Positions 50,473 through 60,659 are shown, counted from the first letter of the stretch. The stretch is DNA of 64,000 nucleotides from Candidatus Sericytochromatia bacterium (GCA_036676985.1 JAKFBU010000023.1:160001-224000), one strand, 5' to 3'. Notes: generated by a model not told the origin, from the sequence alone. A program made the numbers and translations.

Positions 50473-51744
50473 TTACTTCTTGGTGAAGGCCTTGAGGAAG
50501 TCCTTCCAGCCCTCGTTGGCGAAGGCGATGGCGTTCGGGTCGTTGTACTTGGCGTTGAACATCTGGTTGGCGTTCGGGAAGTACACGACGATGCCCGAGG
50601 CGTTGGCGCACTTGCCGGCGTGGGTCTCGCTCACGACGGTCGCCGAGACGGCGGCCTGGACGTCGGCAGCGGCGGCCTTGAGGCCGGCCGAGGCATTGCT
50701 GCCCTGGAGCTGCTTGGCGAAGTGGCCGAGGTCGGCGCAGTCCTTGTTGTAGAAGGACTGGGTGGTGCCGCGCACCTGCTGGATGGTGGCCTTCTCGCTA
50801 CCGAGCGCGCCGCTGAGGGCGGTCGCGAAGTTGTTCATCGCGGGGACGAGCTTGGTGGTCAGGGCCTTGATGTCCATCACCGAGAGGGTGATGTCCTGGG
50901 AGCGACCGCCGGGGTTCTGCGAACCACCCGACGCGTAGCTCTGGGCGTAGCTCTGGACGAGCGCGGTGCCCAGCTGGGCGGGCGACGTGCCGCGGTTCAC
51001 GTTCTGGAGCCAGAGGTTGTAATCCCAGCCGGCGCCCGGCTCGAGCTCCTCGGAGGCGACCAGGTAATCGGCATAGCCCTTCATCTGGTAGCTGATCTCG
51101 GCATGGGCCATCAAGCAGGCGTCGAAGCCGACCATGTCGATGGGCTGACCCGCCTTCTTGGCGATCGAGGGGATGAGCGTCGACAGGTCGCTCGTGTTCA
51201 TGTGGCTGCCGTTGTCATCCCAGCCGAAGCCCTTGGTCGTGTCGAAGAAGGTGTTCTGGACGCCCTTGCGGAAGATGCCCGAGCCGTGGTCCCAGAAGCT
51301 GACCATGTAGTGCTGCGCGGGGTACTTCTGGACGGCCCACTCGCCGAACTGCTGGACGATCTTCACGTCGCCCGAGTCGATCTCCTTGGAGGCGGGGATG
51401 AAGGGCGCATCCACGGCGGTCGAGACGAGGGTCGCGTTCTTGCCGTTGGCGTCGCGCTTCATCTCGTACACGGCCGAGTCACCCTGCTTGGTACCGTCGA
51501 AGAGCACGATGACGTTGACGTCATCCGGGTTGATGCCGGCCTCGATCTCGTTGAGGTCCTGGAGGCCGAACGAGTAGAGGTTGTTGTCGGCGGCCAGGTG
51601 AACCAGGATCGTCCACTTCTTGGCGTTCTTCGGCAGCACCCGCTTGGCGCCGAACTTCGGGGTGTCATTGGAGAGGGTGGGGGCGGTGAGACCGCAACCA
51701 GCCAAGAGGGTACCCGCCGCCACGAGGGCCAACAGCTTCTTCAT
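50473..51744 (-). CDS. Clostripain-family (C11) cysteine peptidase, lipoprotein
   Basis: Lipobox LAG-C; WTILVHLAADNNL, WDHGSG (His), GFDACLM (Cys), ASEELEPG.GW.Y. Confidence 0.9.
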   Translation of the reverse strand: MKKLLALVAAGTLLAGCGLTAPTLSNDTPKFGAKRVLPKNAKKWTILVHLAADNNLYSFGLQDLNEIEAGINPDDVNVIVLFDGTKQGDSAVYEMKRDANGKNATLVSTAVDAPFIPASKEIDSGDVKIVQQFGEWAVQKYPAQHYMVSFWDHGSGIFRKGVQNTFFDTTKGFGWDDNGSHMNTSDLSTLIPSIAKKAGQPIDMVGFDACLMAHAEISYQMKGYADYLVASEELEPGAGWDYNLWLQNVNRGTSPAQLGTALVQSYAQSYASGGSQNPGGRSQDITLSVMDIKALTTKLVPAMNNFATALSGALGSEKATIQQVRGTTQSFYNKDCADLGHFAKQLQGSNASAGLKAAAADVQAAVSATVVSETHAGKCANASGIVVYFPNANQMFNAKYNDPNAIAFANEGWKDFLKAFTKK

Positions 51745-51909
51745 GAACCTAGCGCACTCCTATTACAACGAGAGGGAGGACTGTCTGTAACGTCGGGTTT
51801 AACCTTCGTTAAACCGAACTTAACCATAACAGTACAGGATCCCTCGGAAGTGCGCTAGCCCTTTATGAAAGAAAAAGGAAGTTTTAATTCTGATTTAATA
51901 ATCGGTCGA

Positions 51910-53070
51910 TTAGGAGATCTCGAAGAAGGCCTTGAAGCGGCCCAGGAAGCCACCTTCCGGCTCGGCGGGCACCGTCTCCCGGACCTCGGCGGACTCGAGC
52001 GCCCGGGCGTTATGTGCGAGCCGCTCGCTGACGATGCGGGCGATCTCGTCGGCGATCGCCGGGTTGGACGTGAGGACGGTCTTGAAGGCCACCCGATCGA
52101 TCTCCAGGAGCTCGCTGGGCTGATCGGCGGTGACGGTGGCGCTGCGCGGCTGCCCGCTCAAGAGGGACATCTCGCCGAAGACCTGGCCCGGGCCCACCTC
52201 GGCCACCCGGGAGTCGCCGATGCTGACGCCCGCATGGCCGCTCATGAGGATGAACATGCTGGCCCCCGGCTCGCCCGCGGTGCAGATGGCCTTGCCCGCC
52301 CCGTAGGTGCGGCTGCGGATCTGGGCCGCGAGCGCGGCGATCTCCTCGATGGCCAGGGGCTTGAGGATGTCCACGGCCTGGAGGTAGTCGAAGAAGCGGA
52401 TGGACTCCTTGGTCTCGTAGATCTGATCGCGGGCCATGCGGAAGGTCTCTCCCTTGGAGGGATCGCCCTTGATGGCGCGCAAGAACCAGTCGATGGCCTC
52501 GGCCCCCCGGCCGAGACGGCGCATGGCCTCGCCGACCAAAAAGGCCACGTGCGCCTCGGTGACCGAGGAGTTGCGCGAGACGCCCTTGTCGTAGGCCTCT
52601 TGGTAGAGCGCGCTCGATTGCTCGAGGTACATGTGCTCGCGCTTGCGGTCGTTGCCGTAGCGGCACGTCCAGGCCAGGCGCAAGAGGATGCCCGCGCGGA
52701 CCTCGGGTGGGGTCCGGCGGGCTTCGTAGCTCTTGAGGGCCAACTGGAAGCTGATCATCGCCGCGAACAGCGATCGCTCCTCCTTGGAGAAGTCGTGGCG
52801 GCGGTGCTCCGTGGCCCCCGAGAGGGCCATGGCGAGCGCGACCTGCTCGGACTCCGAGATCTCCCGGAAGTGCTCCTTCAGGGCCGCGAAGCCGCAGCCG
52901 GGGCAGACCCAGACCGAGTAGAACAGCGGGTTGATGCCCGTGTAGTACGGGCAGAAATCCGCGTCTCGCCGTTCCAGGACGGAGGTCCCGCTCTTGGGCG
53001 TGTGCAGCTTGAAGGAGACCTTGCAGACCGGGCACGCCACCTCGCGTGCCGCAAACGGCGATCCCGCCAC
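51910..53070 (-). CDS. DUF2225-like protein fused to a cyclic-nucleotide-binding domain
   Basis: CPVC...DFCPYY..NPLFY.VWVCPGCGFA, LRLAW, TPR-like helices; C-terminal FGEMSLL...PRSATV. Confidence 0.8.
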   Translation of the reverse strand: MAGSPFAAREVACPVCKVSFKLHTPKSGTSVLERRDADFCPYYTGINPLFYSVWVCPGCGFAALKEHFREISESEQVALAMALSGATEHRRHDFSKEERSLFAAMISFQLALKSYEARRTPPEVRAGILLRLAWTCRYGNDRKREHMYLEQSSALYQEAYDKGVSRNSSVTEAHVAFLVGEAMRRLGRGAEAIDWFLRAIKGDPSKGETFRMARDQIYETKESIRFFDYLQAVDILKPLAIEEIAALAAQIRSRTYGAGKAICTAGEPGASMFILMSGHAGVSIGDSRVAEVGPGQVFGEMSLLSGQPRSATVTADQPSELLEIDRVAFKTVLTSNPAIADEIARIVSERLAHNARALESAEVRETVPAEPEGGFLGRFKAFFEIS

Positions 53071-53089
53071 GTTGTACTCCCGATGGTTG

Positions 53090-54502
53090 TTAGCGCTTGA
53101 CCGGCTTCGTGGTCAGGGCCGCCTTCGTGCGCTCGTAGGCGGCTACCCCTTGGAAGCCCACGTCATAAACATTCCCCGGGTTCCAAAGCAAGTAACCCAT
53201 GCCCTTGGCGTCGTAGGTGGCCTTGATCTGCTCGGAGACGTAGCCCGGGCCGTAGTTGCGGGCCTTGAGCTTGCCGCCGAGATTGAAGGCCTGCAGCCAG
53301 GGACGGATGACGATGCCCGTGCCCGCGGTCTTCTGGGCCGTGCGCTTGATGCCCTCGTTGACGAAGAAGTAGGGCTCCTCGGCCGGACGCTGGTGCCCGA
53401 AGAAGGGCGGGTAGAAGTGCGAGGGGTAGACCATCGGGCTGATGACGTCCGCGTACTTGCCGAGATCCTCGAGGCGCTGGCCGGTGTTCTTGACGTCGAT
53501 GCCCTCGTCCCAGGCCACCACGCCGAAGACGTCCAGGCTGACGAGCGCGCCCGTCGGGTGAATGGTCTCGTAGGCCTGCTTGAGGAAGCTCGTGATGACC
53601 GCGTGCTTCGGCGTCTTGGTGGTGTCGAAGCTGTAGGCGATGTCCTTGAGCGCCCCCATGGCCGGGAAGCGGATGTAGTCGAACTCGATCTCGTCGACGC
53701 CCATGGCCACCAGCTCCTTGGCGATGCCGATGTTGTAGGCGCGGACCTCGGGGTGGTTGGGATCGACCCAGACCCGGCGGCCCTTCTCGAGCCAGGGCTT
53801 GCCGCTCTTGGACTTGAGGGCGAGGTCCGGGCGCTTGGAGGCGAGGTACGGGTCGTGGAAGAGCGCCTGGCGGGCCACCACGTGGATGCCCTCCTGGTGC
53901 AGGCGATCGACCAGCTTGGGGATGTCGCGGATGACGGCGTTCTTGTCCGAGCCCGTCGAGTTGGCCAAGGGCACGTTGCTGTCGTAGGCGAGCGGGCCGT
54001 CCATGTCCTTGACGTCGAAGACCACCGTGTTGAGGCCGTGCGGCTTCATCTGCTTGACGAGCGTGAAGACGCGCTCGGTCGCTGCCGAGGTCTTGGTGAC
54101 GTAGATGCCCTTGGCGTCGAAGGTCCGCTGGCGGGCCACGCGCTTGGGCACGATGGCCTGGGCGCGCACGCCGGGGATCTCGATGCGCTTGCCGACCGGA
54201 ATCCAGTTCTTGAGCCCGTTCTTGGCGAGCAGCGCCTTTTCGAGCGACGGCCGGGTGTAGTAGTCGGTCATGCGCAGGTAGTTCCGGGCCAGGAAGGTCG
54301 GATCCTGGCCCTTCTGGACCGTGTGGAAGATGCGGCCGCCGACGTACTCCCCGCCCGGAGGCAGGGCGGCGTTGCCGTAGCCGGGGTGGACCTTGAGGCC
54401 CGCCGCCTGAGCAGGGGGCGGGGCCGCCTGGGCGCGGGCCGGCAGCGGGGCGAGGGTCGCCGCGCACAGCAGCGACAGCGTGGTCGCGAGGCGAATGATC
54501 AC
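53090..54502 (-). CDS. Exported putative glycoside hydrolase (DUF4015-like) with LysM-like N-terminal domain
   Basis: KGIYVT, FDVKDMDG, WVDP, DEIEFDYIRFP, SPMVYPSH, RPWLQAF; HTVQKG...N.L...G..IEIP. Confidence 0.8.
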   Translation of the reverse strand: MIIRLATTLSLLCAATLAPLPARAQAAPPPAQAAGLKVHPGYGNAALPPGGEYVGGRIFHTVQKGQDPTFLARNYLRMTDYYTRPSLEKALLAKNGLKNWIPVGKRIEIPGVRAQAIVPKRVARQRTFDAKGIYVTKTSAATERVFTLVKQMKPHGLNTVVFDVKDMDGPLAYDSNVPLANSTGSDKNAVIRDIPKLVDRLHQEGIHVVARQALFHDPYLASKRPDLALKSKSGKPWLEKGRRVWVDPNHPEVRAYNIGIAKELVAMGVDEIEFDYIRFPAMGALKDIAYSFDTTKTPKHAVITSFLKQAYETIHPTGALVSLDVFGVVAWDEGIDVKNTGQRLEDLGKYADVISPMVYPSHFYPPFFGHQRPAEEPYFFVNEGIKRTAQKTAGTGIVIRPWLQAFNLGGKLKARNYGPGYVSEQIKATYDAKGMGYLLWNPGNVYDVGFQGVAAYERTKAALTTKPVKR

Positions 54503-54521
54503 GATGGGTCCCCTCTTTCTA

Positions 54522-55547
54522 CTAGGGCAGGATGACGGCCTTGCGTCCGCCGAGCGCGGCGGAGTTCAGGCGATCCTTGAGCTTGGCGGGCACGGTGACG
54601 GTGCTGGGGTTGCCATCCGAAACGTAGGGGCGAAAGGCCTCGTCGTTCTGGCCGGTGGCACCCGCCGGGCGGCGGAAGTGGCGCTTCCACTCGTCGTCGA
54701 TGGCCTGGATGCGGGGCACCTTCATGTAGTTGTACTTCTTGTCGAAGGGGCTGGGTGCCGGATCGGCGCCCACCAAGAAGACAGCGCTGTTCTTGTAGGC
54801 GCTCGCCCCCGAGCCGCCGGCGAGCACCGCCTGGGTGCCGGCCGCGTCCTTGGGGTAGATGCCGAAGGGCAGCGCCAGCGTCGTCAGCTTGTAGCTGCGG
54901 CCCAGCTCCTTGACGACCTCGTCCTGCGCCGTGGCCATCTCCTTGACGATCTGGGCGGGCGAGAGCTTCTTCATGCTGTTGTGGTTGTAGGTGTGGTTGC
55001 CGATCTCGCGGCCCGTCGCCACCAGGTACTTGAGCTTCTCGGCGGCCTCGGCGGGCGTCTCGAAGGCGCCCGGCAGGGTGTAGAAGACGCCTGCGCGGCC
55101 AAAGTCGGGGTGCTTGGCCGCGAACGCGTCGAGGATGCCCACGGCGCTCTGCGGATCCACCATGGCGTTACCCTTGGAGTCGCGGCGGATGGTGCCCCGG
55201 CCGTCCTTGAGGAACATGAACTGCTCGGCCGTCGAGTCGTCGAAGGTGAGGATCACGGGCTTCTTGCCCGCGGGCACGTCGAGCTTGCCCGCGCTGAGCG
55301 CCGAGGCGTTGACCGAGACGTAGCCGTTGTTGTAGAGCCACTCGAGGTCCTTGCGGAAGTTGTCGTAGGTCCGGGTCCAGCGGTCCTCGACCTTGCCGAA
55401 GCGGTGGTACTCCAGGACCGGCACGCGGCCGAGCTCGTTGGGGGTCGCAGGAGCCGCGGCCATGCTGCGGCCAGGCAGCAGCGCCGACAGCGAGAGCGCC
55501 GTCAGCGCCGTCACGGAGAGCACAAGACGAGTGTTCAAGGCAGACAT
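54522..55547 (-). CDS. Exported polysaccharide deacetylase family protein
   Basis: PVLEYH, ILTFDDS, EIGNHTYNH, ALPFG. Confidence 0.85.
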   Translation of the reverse strand: MSALNTRLVLSVTALTALSLSALLPGRSMAAAPATPNELGRVPVLEYHRFGKVEDRWTRTYDNFRKDLEWLYNNGYVSVNASALSAGKLDVPAGKKPVILTFDDSTAEQFMFLKDGRGTIRRDSKGNAMVDPQSAVGILDAFAAKHPDFGRAGVFYTLPGAFETPAEAAEKLKYLVATGREIGNHTYNHNSMKKLSPAQIVKEMATAQDEVVKELGRSYKLTTLALPFGIYPKDAAGTQAVLAGGSGASAYKNSAVFLVGADPAPSPFDKKYNYMKVPRIQAIDDEWKRHFRRPAGATGQNDEAFRPYVSDGNPSTVTVPAKLKDRLNSAALGGRKAVILP

Positions 55548-55733
55548 CCTTCTTGGGTGGGGGGCACGGATCGGTTACACGTTACCATACCCCTACACAA
55601 TCCGCTTGCAAGGCCGTTTGAGGGGGAAGCGCGGCAACTCGGCCAAGAAGCTTTGGGCGGCATGGGGAACCGGGCGAGCAGGCCTCTCTGAGACAATACG
55701 CTTGCTCGTTTGCAGACCGAATCGGAGGTGCCC

Positions 55734-56606
55734 ATGTCGTCCCAGACCCCGCGTTCTACTCCCCACGGTCCCGAGGCGGACCGGGCGGTGGCCGATCTGA
55801 TCACGCGCGGCCTCGCCGCCATGCGCCAGCGCAAGCTCCTGCCCGTCGAGGCCGTCGGGCACTACGTCGTCGGGCCCTACGCCCGGGGCGAAGGCTGGGT
55901 CACGCTCGAGGGCGAGGCCTGGCTGCCCCTCGACACGCCCCACCTCTTCATCCTGGTCCCGGACGGCTTCGAGGACGAGGCGCGCCAGTCCTTCGCCGCC
56001 ATCCAGGACCGCATGGCGGAGATCTGCGTGGAGGCCGGCTACTCCTTCTACGTGGACCTGACCACCGAGAGCCAGCTGGCCTCGCCCGAGTGGGCGCTCT
56101 TGGCCCACGAGGTGCAGACCTCGCGGCGGCTCCTGTGGAGCTACGACGGGCACGACCCCCTCGAAGGCTTCAAGGGCGGCCCCGTCGGACGGCTCGAGGA
56201 CTACGCCAAGGCCCACCTCATGGACCAGGGCCCGGGCCTGCGGGAGCTCGCGGAGTGGGCCCGGCACGAGATCTTCGGCCTGCACGAGGGGATCGCGCGC
56301 CTGTCCTTCATCCGCACCATCGAGGTGATCATGGGCCTCGGCGACGCCGTCCTCATGGCCCGGAGGCTGTATGCGCCGGACGCGCTCGCGCGGGCGGCCG
56401 CCATGGCGCGGCTCGCGGCCGAGGGCACGGTCCATGCCCAGCTCGCGGGGTTGTATCGGACGGCGATCGCCCTGCGCCTCAAGCGGCCGACGCTCGCGAT
56501 TCCGGCCTGGGCCGACCTGTGCGCCCTCATGCAGGAGGTGCAGACCTGGTCCCGGCACGTGGCGCACGCGCACTTCGGGGCCGAGGTGGTCGATCCGGCC
56601 GCCTAG
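55734..56606 (+). CDS. Hypothetical protein, degenerate nucleotidyltransferase-like
   Basis: GGAGG RBS; VVGPYARGEG resembles the NTase G-S loop but no clear DxD; helical C-terminal domain. Confidence 0.6.
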   Translation: MSSQTPRSTPHGPEADRAVADLITRGLAAMRQRKLLPVEAVGHYVVGPYARGEGWVTLEGEAWLPLDTPHLFILVPDGFEDEARQSFAAIQDRMAEICVEAGYSFYVDLTTESQLASPEWALLAHEVQTSRRLLWSYDGHDPLEGFKGGPVGRLEDYAKAHLMDQGPGLRELAEWARHEIFGLHEGIARLSFIRTIEVIMGLGDAVLMARRLYAPDALARAAAMARLAAEGTVHAQLAGLYRTAIALRLKRPTLAIPAWADLCALMQEVQTWSRHVAHAHFGAEVVDPAA

Positions 56607-56671
56607 GCCATTGGCGGATCGCGCGGAAGGGGGGCCGGGCATTTGCCCGGCCCCCCTTCTGGCGCGTGAGC

Positions 56672-57838
56672 TTACAGGATGGGATCGGAGATGAGGGTGT
56701 TGGTCCCGAGCTCGCCCAGGGTGTTGTTGAGGATGACCATCGCGGCCAAGAGCTCGGTGTGGATGTCATAGCGCCAGACCTTGAAGCCCGTGCCCGTGCA
56801 GATCTCGAAGAAGAGGCAGTCGCCCAGGAAGCGCGGGTTGTGGATGGAGGCGTAGCCGCCGAGACCCAGGTTGGGATAGGGGGCCGTGTCGATGAGGCCC
56901 GTCTGGCGATCCAGGATGAGCAGCCGGGACGTGATGCCGTCGCAGACCGTGAAGGCGATGAAGCGGCCGTCGGGGCTGATGGTCACGTGGCCGATGTTGC
57001 TCGGGATGGTCGTGAGGTCGAGGCCGCCCAGGGGCAGCAGCTGGAAGAGGTGCGGGTTGACGACGTCGTACAGGAAGAGCTTGCCGTTCAGGCTGACGAC
57101 GATCCAGCGGCCGTCGGCGCTGATGTCCACGTCGCAGACGGGGTAGTAGAAGGGGTAGCCGGGGTAGTAGTAGCCCGGGAACCCGAGCTGGACCTCCCGC
57201 TCGGCTGCGATCTTGGTGATGGTGCGGCTCTTGGCGAAGAAGGGGCCGTCGGCCTCGTACTTCATGACCACGTTGCCGTAGACGTCGATGTAGACCAGGA
57301 TGCCCGTCTCCGAGATGCGCGGGTGGGCGCCGCAGGGCAGGGCGTCGATGGCGAGGGTGACGCGCTCCTCGGTGATCATGTCGTAGTAGTAGACGCAGCC
57401 CGCGAAGTCGAAGAGCACCCGGCTGTCGCCGTAGAAGGTGGGCTCGATGGCCTGCAGCTGAATGAACGGCAGGCCCACCACGTCCAGCCCCGCCAGGGCT
57501 CCGTTGAGGATGTAGACGTCCTTGATGGCGTCGTCGTAGACAAAGAGGCTGCCGTTACAGAAGGCCTGGGACGTGAAGGCCACGAAGCGCGGGCAGACGG
57601 GCGGCGGCGGCGGGGGCGGGAGCACGGCCGGCGGCGCCGGGACCACGGGCGCCGGACAGGGCTCGGCGAGGGGTTCCGGGGCGGACTTGACCGGTGCGCC
57701 GCCCGCCTTGGCGATGGGCTGGGGCAGGGGCTCGGGAACGGTGGGCGCCGGGGCGTTGGGGGCCTTGGTACAGGCGACCGTGAGCGTCAGGCTGGCCGCA
57801 AGAGCCGTGAGGCCTCGGAAAAGCTGATTCACGCGCAT
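56672..57838 (-). CDS. Cys-rich TolB/PD40-like beta-propeller lipoprotein (paralog A)
   Basis: Lipobox TVA-C, Pro-rich linker, ISADGRWIV and ISPDGRFIAF repeats. Confidence 0.8.
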   Translation of the reverse strand: MRVNQLFRGLTALAASLTLTVACTKAPNAPAPTVPEPLPQPIAKAGGAPVKSAPEPLAEPCPAPVVPAPPAVLPPPPPPPVCPRFVAFTSQAFCNGSLFVYDDAIKDVYILNGALAGLDVVGLPFIQLQAIEPTFYGDSRVLFDFAGCVYYYDMITEERVTLAIDALPCGAHPRISETGILVYIDVYGNVVMKYEADGPFFAKSRTITKIAAEREVQLGFPGYYYPGYPFYYPVCDVDISADGRWIVVSLNGKLFLYDVVNPHLFQLLPLGGLDLTTIPSNIGHVTISPDGRFIAFTVCDGITSRLLILDRQTGLIDTAPYPNLGLGGYASIHNPRFLGDCLFFEICTGTGFKVWRYDIHTELLAAMVILNNTLGELGTNTLISDPIL

Positions 57839-58253
57839 GTTGTCCTTCCTTCCGTTGCGAACCTTAGATCCGGTGCCACACACACCGGAGCGAGAGGGTG
57901 GAGCGCACATCTCACTTCAGGTTGCCGTCACGGTTGGCTGGGACAGTGGGTCGTTGCTCGCGTCATCCGTTTCGATGCCGCAGTTGTAACACGGGGTCGA
58001 CCACCCGACGAACGTGCGTTATGCCCAAGGGGGCTCGTCGTCACGGGGTCTACGCTTGGCCGCCTAGAGGGCGGGCGAGGGTCTTGGCGAGGGGCTTTCC
58101 CGGCAAGGGGGGGTTGCCGGCGGCGTGAGCAGTGTCACGCCGGACTCCCGGAGAAAGGGTTGCTTGCCTAACGAATGTTTGATACGATTCTTTACGAAGT
58201 TTTGTAACAAGCGTCCTACCCTTCTCGCGTCGGACACCGTCCAGGAGGTCAAC

Positions 58254-59324
58254 ATGGAGTTCCAGAACGTCCCCGTCAGCCCGGCGAGCGAGGCCCCCCC
58301 GGAGGTCCTCAACGCCTTCCTCAAGTTCGTCAAGGAAAACCCCGGCATGTTCATGGGCCAGCAGGTCGAGCTCAACAACCTCAAGCCTGCCCCCCAGCAC
58401 ATGGTCTTCCGGTGCGCCAACTGCGACGCGCCGGTCCTGAGCGGCATCGAGACCTGCCCCCAGTGCAAGGCGCCCACGCGCCAGACGCTGAAGGCCGGCG
58501 ACATCCTGCAGGAGCGCTACCAGGTCGAGGGCGTCATGGTGCGCACGGGCGGCTTCGGCACCCTCTACGGCGTGGTGGACCTCCGCGACGGCAAGCGGCA
58601 GCTGGCCATGAAGCAGCTCCAGCACAGCCGCCAGATCCGGGAAAAGGATCGTCTGCTCTTCGAGCGCGAGGGGCGCCTCCTGCAGGCCCTGCGCCACCGC
58701 AGCCTGCCGCAGTTCCATGACTACTTCTCGCTCAACGGGGCGCAGTACCTGGTCATGGAGCGCGTCCAGGGCGTGTCCGTCTCCCACTACATGCGGGCCA
58801 AGGGGGCGCTCAACGAGGACCAGACGCTGGCCCTCCTGCCCCAGATGCTCGAGGTGCTCAGCTACCTGCACCACCTGCCGACGCCCGTGATCCACCGGGA
58901 CATCAAGCCGGGCAACTTCATGTTCACCGAGGCCGGCCACCTGTACCTGATCGACTTCGGCGGCGCCACGGACCTGGATCCGAAGCCTGCCGTGATCGGT
59001 CCCACGGGCATCGCCGAGGACATGACGGGCGTGTTCACCAAGGGCTTTAGCGCCCCCGAGATCTTCCTGGGAGCGAGCCCCAAGCCGGCCAGCGACCTGT
59101 TCTCCCTGGGTGCCAGCCTCATGTTCATGGTCACGAGCCGCCACCCCTTCACGCACTTCGACCCCGACTCGGCCACCTACCGGGTCGACGAGCTGCCCGT
59201 GACCGACGGCCTCAAGCAGGTCATCCGCAAGCTGACGGCCGTTCCGGTCTCCGCGCGATACCAGGATGCCGAGGACGTCCTGCAGGACCTCTTGACCCTG
59301 GGCTACATCCGCCCGAACTCCTAA
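58254..59324 (+). CDS. Soluble Hanks-type Ser/Thr kinase with N-terminal zinc ribbon
   Basis: CANC...CPQC; GGFG, AMK, FERE, HRDIKPGN, IDFG, APE, SDLFSLG; AGGAGG RBS. Confidence 0.93.
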   Translation: MEFQNVPVSPASEAPPEVLNAFLKFVKENPGMFMGQQVELNNLKPAPQHMVFRCANCDAPVLSGIETCPQCKAPTRQTLKAGDILQERYQVEGVMVRTGGFGTLYGVVDLRDGKRQLAMKQLQHSRQIREKDRLLFEREGRLLQALRHRSLPQFHDYFSLNGAQYLVMERVQGVSVSHYMRAKGALNEDQTLALLPQMLEVLSYLHHLPTPVIHRDIKPGNFMFTEAGHLYLIDFGGATDLDPKPAVIGPTGIAEDMTGVFTKGFSAPEIFLGASPKPASDLFSLGASLMFMVTSRHPFTHFDPDSATYRVDELPVTDGLKQVIRKLTAVPVSARYQDAEDVLQDLLTLGYIRPNS

Positions 59325-59328
59325 AAGC

Positions 59329-59362
59329 GAAGCGGGGGCCGTCCATCGGACGCCCCCGCTTC
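59329..59362. terminator. Terminator hairpin between kinase and paralog B
   Basis: GAAGCGGGGGC/GCCCCCGCTTC inverted repeat. Confidence 0.6.
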
Positions 59363-59393
59363 TTCCCCCCGGAATGGAGGTTTCGGTCGAGAC

Positions 59394-60659
59394 CTAGGGA
59401 TCGAGGTCGGGGCGCGAGATCAGGACGTCGTCCACGTCCTCGCCGAGTACGTTGTTGAGGATGACCATGGCCCGCAAGGTCTCGTTGAGGATGTCGTAGC
59501 GCCAGACCTTGAAGGTGTTGCCGACGAGGACCTCGAAGAAGAGCGTACGACCGTCGTAGCAGAAGACCGGGTCCAGGATGATCGGCTTGTAGTTCGCGTT
59601 GGTGATCGTGTCGCCCAGGTTCGCGTAGGACACCGCGTCGATGTAGCCCGTCTGACGGTCGAGGACCAGCAGGCGGGAGTCGTTGTTGCCCACCAGGTAG
59701 TCGCCGGTCTGCTGCTGATCGGTGACGGACTTCTTGTTGATCGTGAAGGCGACGAACCGGCCGTCGAAGCTGATGGCCACGTGGCCGATGAAGCCCGGCT
59801 GGCCGCCGAGAGCGTAGCTATCGAGGGGCAAGAGCTGGAACAGGTGCGGGTTGAGCACGTCGTACAGGAAGAGGATGCCGTCCTTGTTCACCACGAGCCA
59901 GCGACCGTCGCCGCTGATGGCGATGTCGTAGATGACGCCCGTCTTGGCGTAGCCGTAGTCGTCGCCCAGGTTGTGCTGGAAGTTGGCCTCGGCCGCGATC
60001 TTCGTCAGCTCGCGGGTCTTGGTGTAGAAGGCGCCGTCCGTCTCCTTGAGGACCACCGTGCCGCGGTGCGAGACGTAGGCCAACAGATGGCCGTCCGCCG
60101 TGACCGTGGCGCGCGGACCGCCGAAGTCCTCCGACTGGCCGTCGAAGGCCACCGTCACGCGCTCCTCGGCCACCATGTCGTAGACGTAGACGAAGTGACC
60201 GAAGCTGAAGAGCACCTTGCCGTCCGCGAACGCGAAGGGATTCAGGGTCTCGAGCGTCGTGCAGCTCGAGGTGCCCTCGACGCCCTTCTGGCTGTCGGTG
60301 ATGTCCGAGACCTCGCTGTTGAGGCCGGCCAGGGCCGCGTTCAGGATGTAGACGTCCTTGAGCGCCTCGTCCCACAGGAAGAGACCGCCCGCCTGATCGC
60401 CGTAGTAGTCGCGGCGGCAGGCCGTGAACGCAATGAAGCGGCAGTCGAGGTTGTAGATCACCGGAGCGCCGGGCTGTGGGCACGGATTCGGGATCTCGGC
60501 GACGCCGCCCACCGGCTTGACGTCACCCGAGTTCTTGACCACCGTCGCAGGGTTCGGCTGGGTGACCGGAGAAGGGGTCGAGGGGGCATTCGTACAACCC
60601 GCGACCGCCGACATGGACACAGTCGCAGCCAACAAGGCCTTCTTGGTCTTGGTCGTCAT
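59394..60659 (-). CDS. TolB/PD40-like beta-propeller lipoprotein (paralog B)
   Basis: Lipobox VAG-C; collinear blocks nearly identical to paralog A, e.g. LFLYDVxNPHLFQLLPL. Confidence 0.82.
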   Translation of the reverse strand: MTTKTKKALLAATVSMSAVAGCTNAPSTPSPVTQPNPATVVKNSGDVKPVGGVAEIPNPCPQPGAPVIYNLDCRFIAFTACRRDYYGDQAGGLFLWDEALKDVYILNAALAGLNSEVSDITDSQKGVEGTSSCTTLETLNPFAFADGKVLFSFGHFVYVYDMVAEERVTVAFDGQSEDFGGPRATVTADGHLLAYVSHRGTVVLKETDGAFYTKTRELTKIAAEANFQHNLGDDYGYAKTGVIYDIAISGDGRWLVVNKDGILFLYDVLNPHLFQLLPLDSYALGGQPGFIGHVAISFDGRFVAFTINKKSVTDQQQTGDYLVGNNDSRLLVLDRQTGYIDAVSYANLGDTITNANYKPIILDPVFCYDGRTLFFEVLVGNTFKVWRYDILNETLRAMVILNNVLGEDVDDVLISRPDLDP

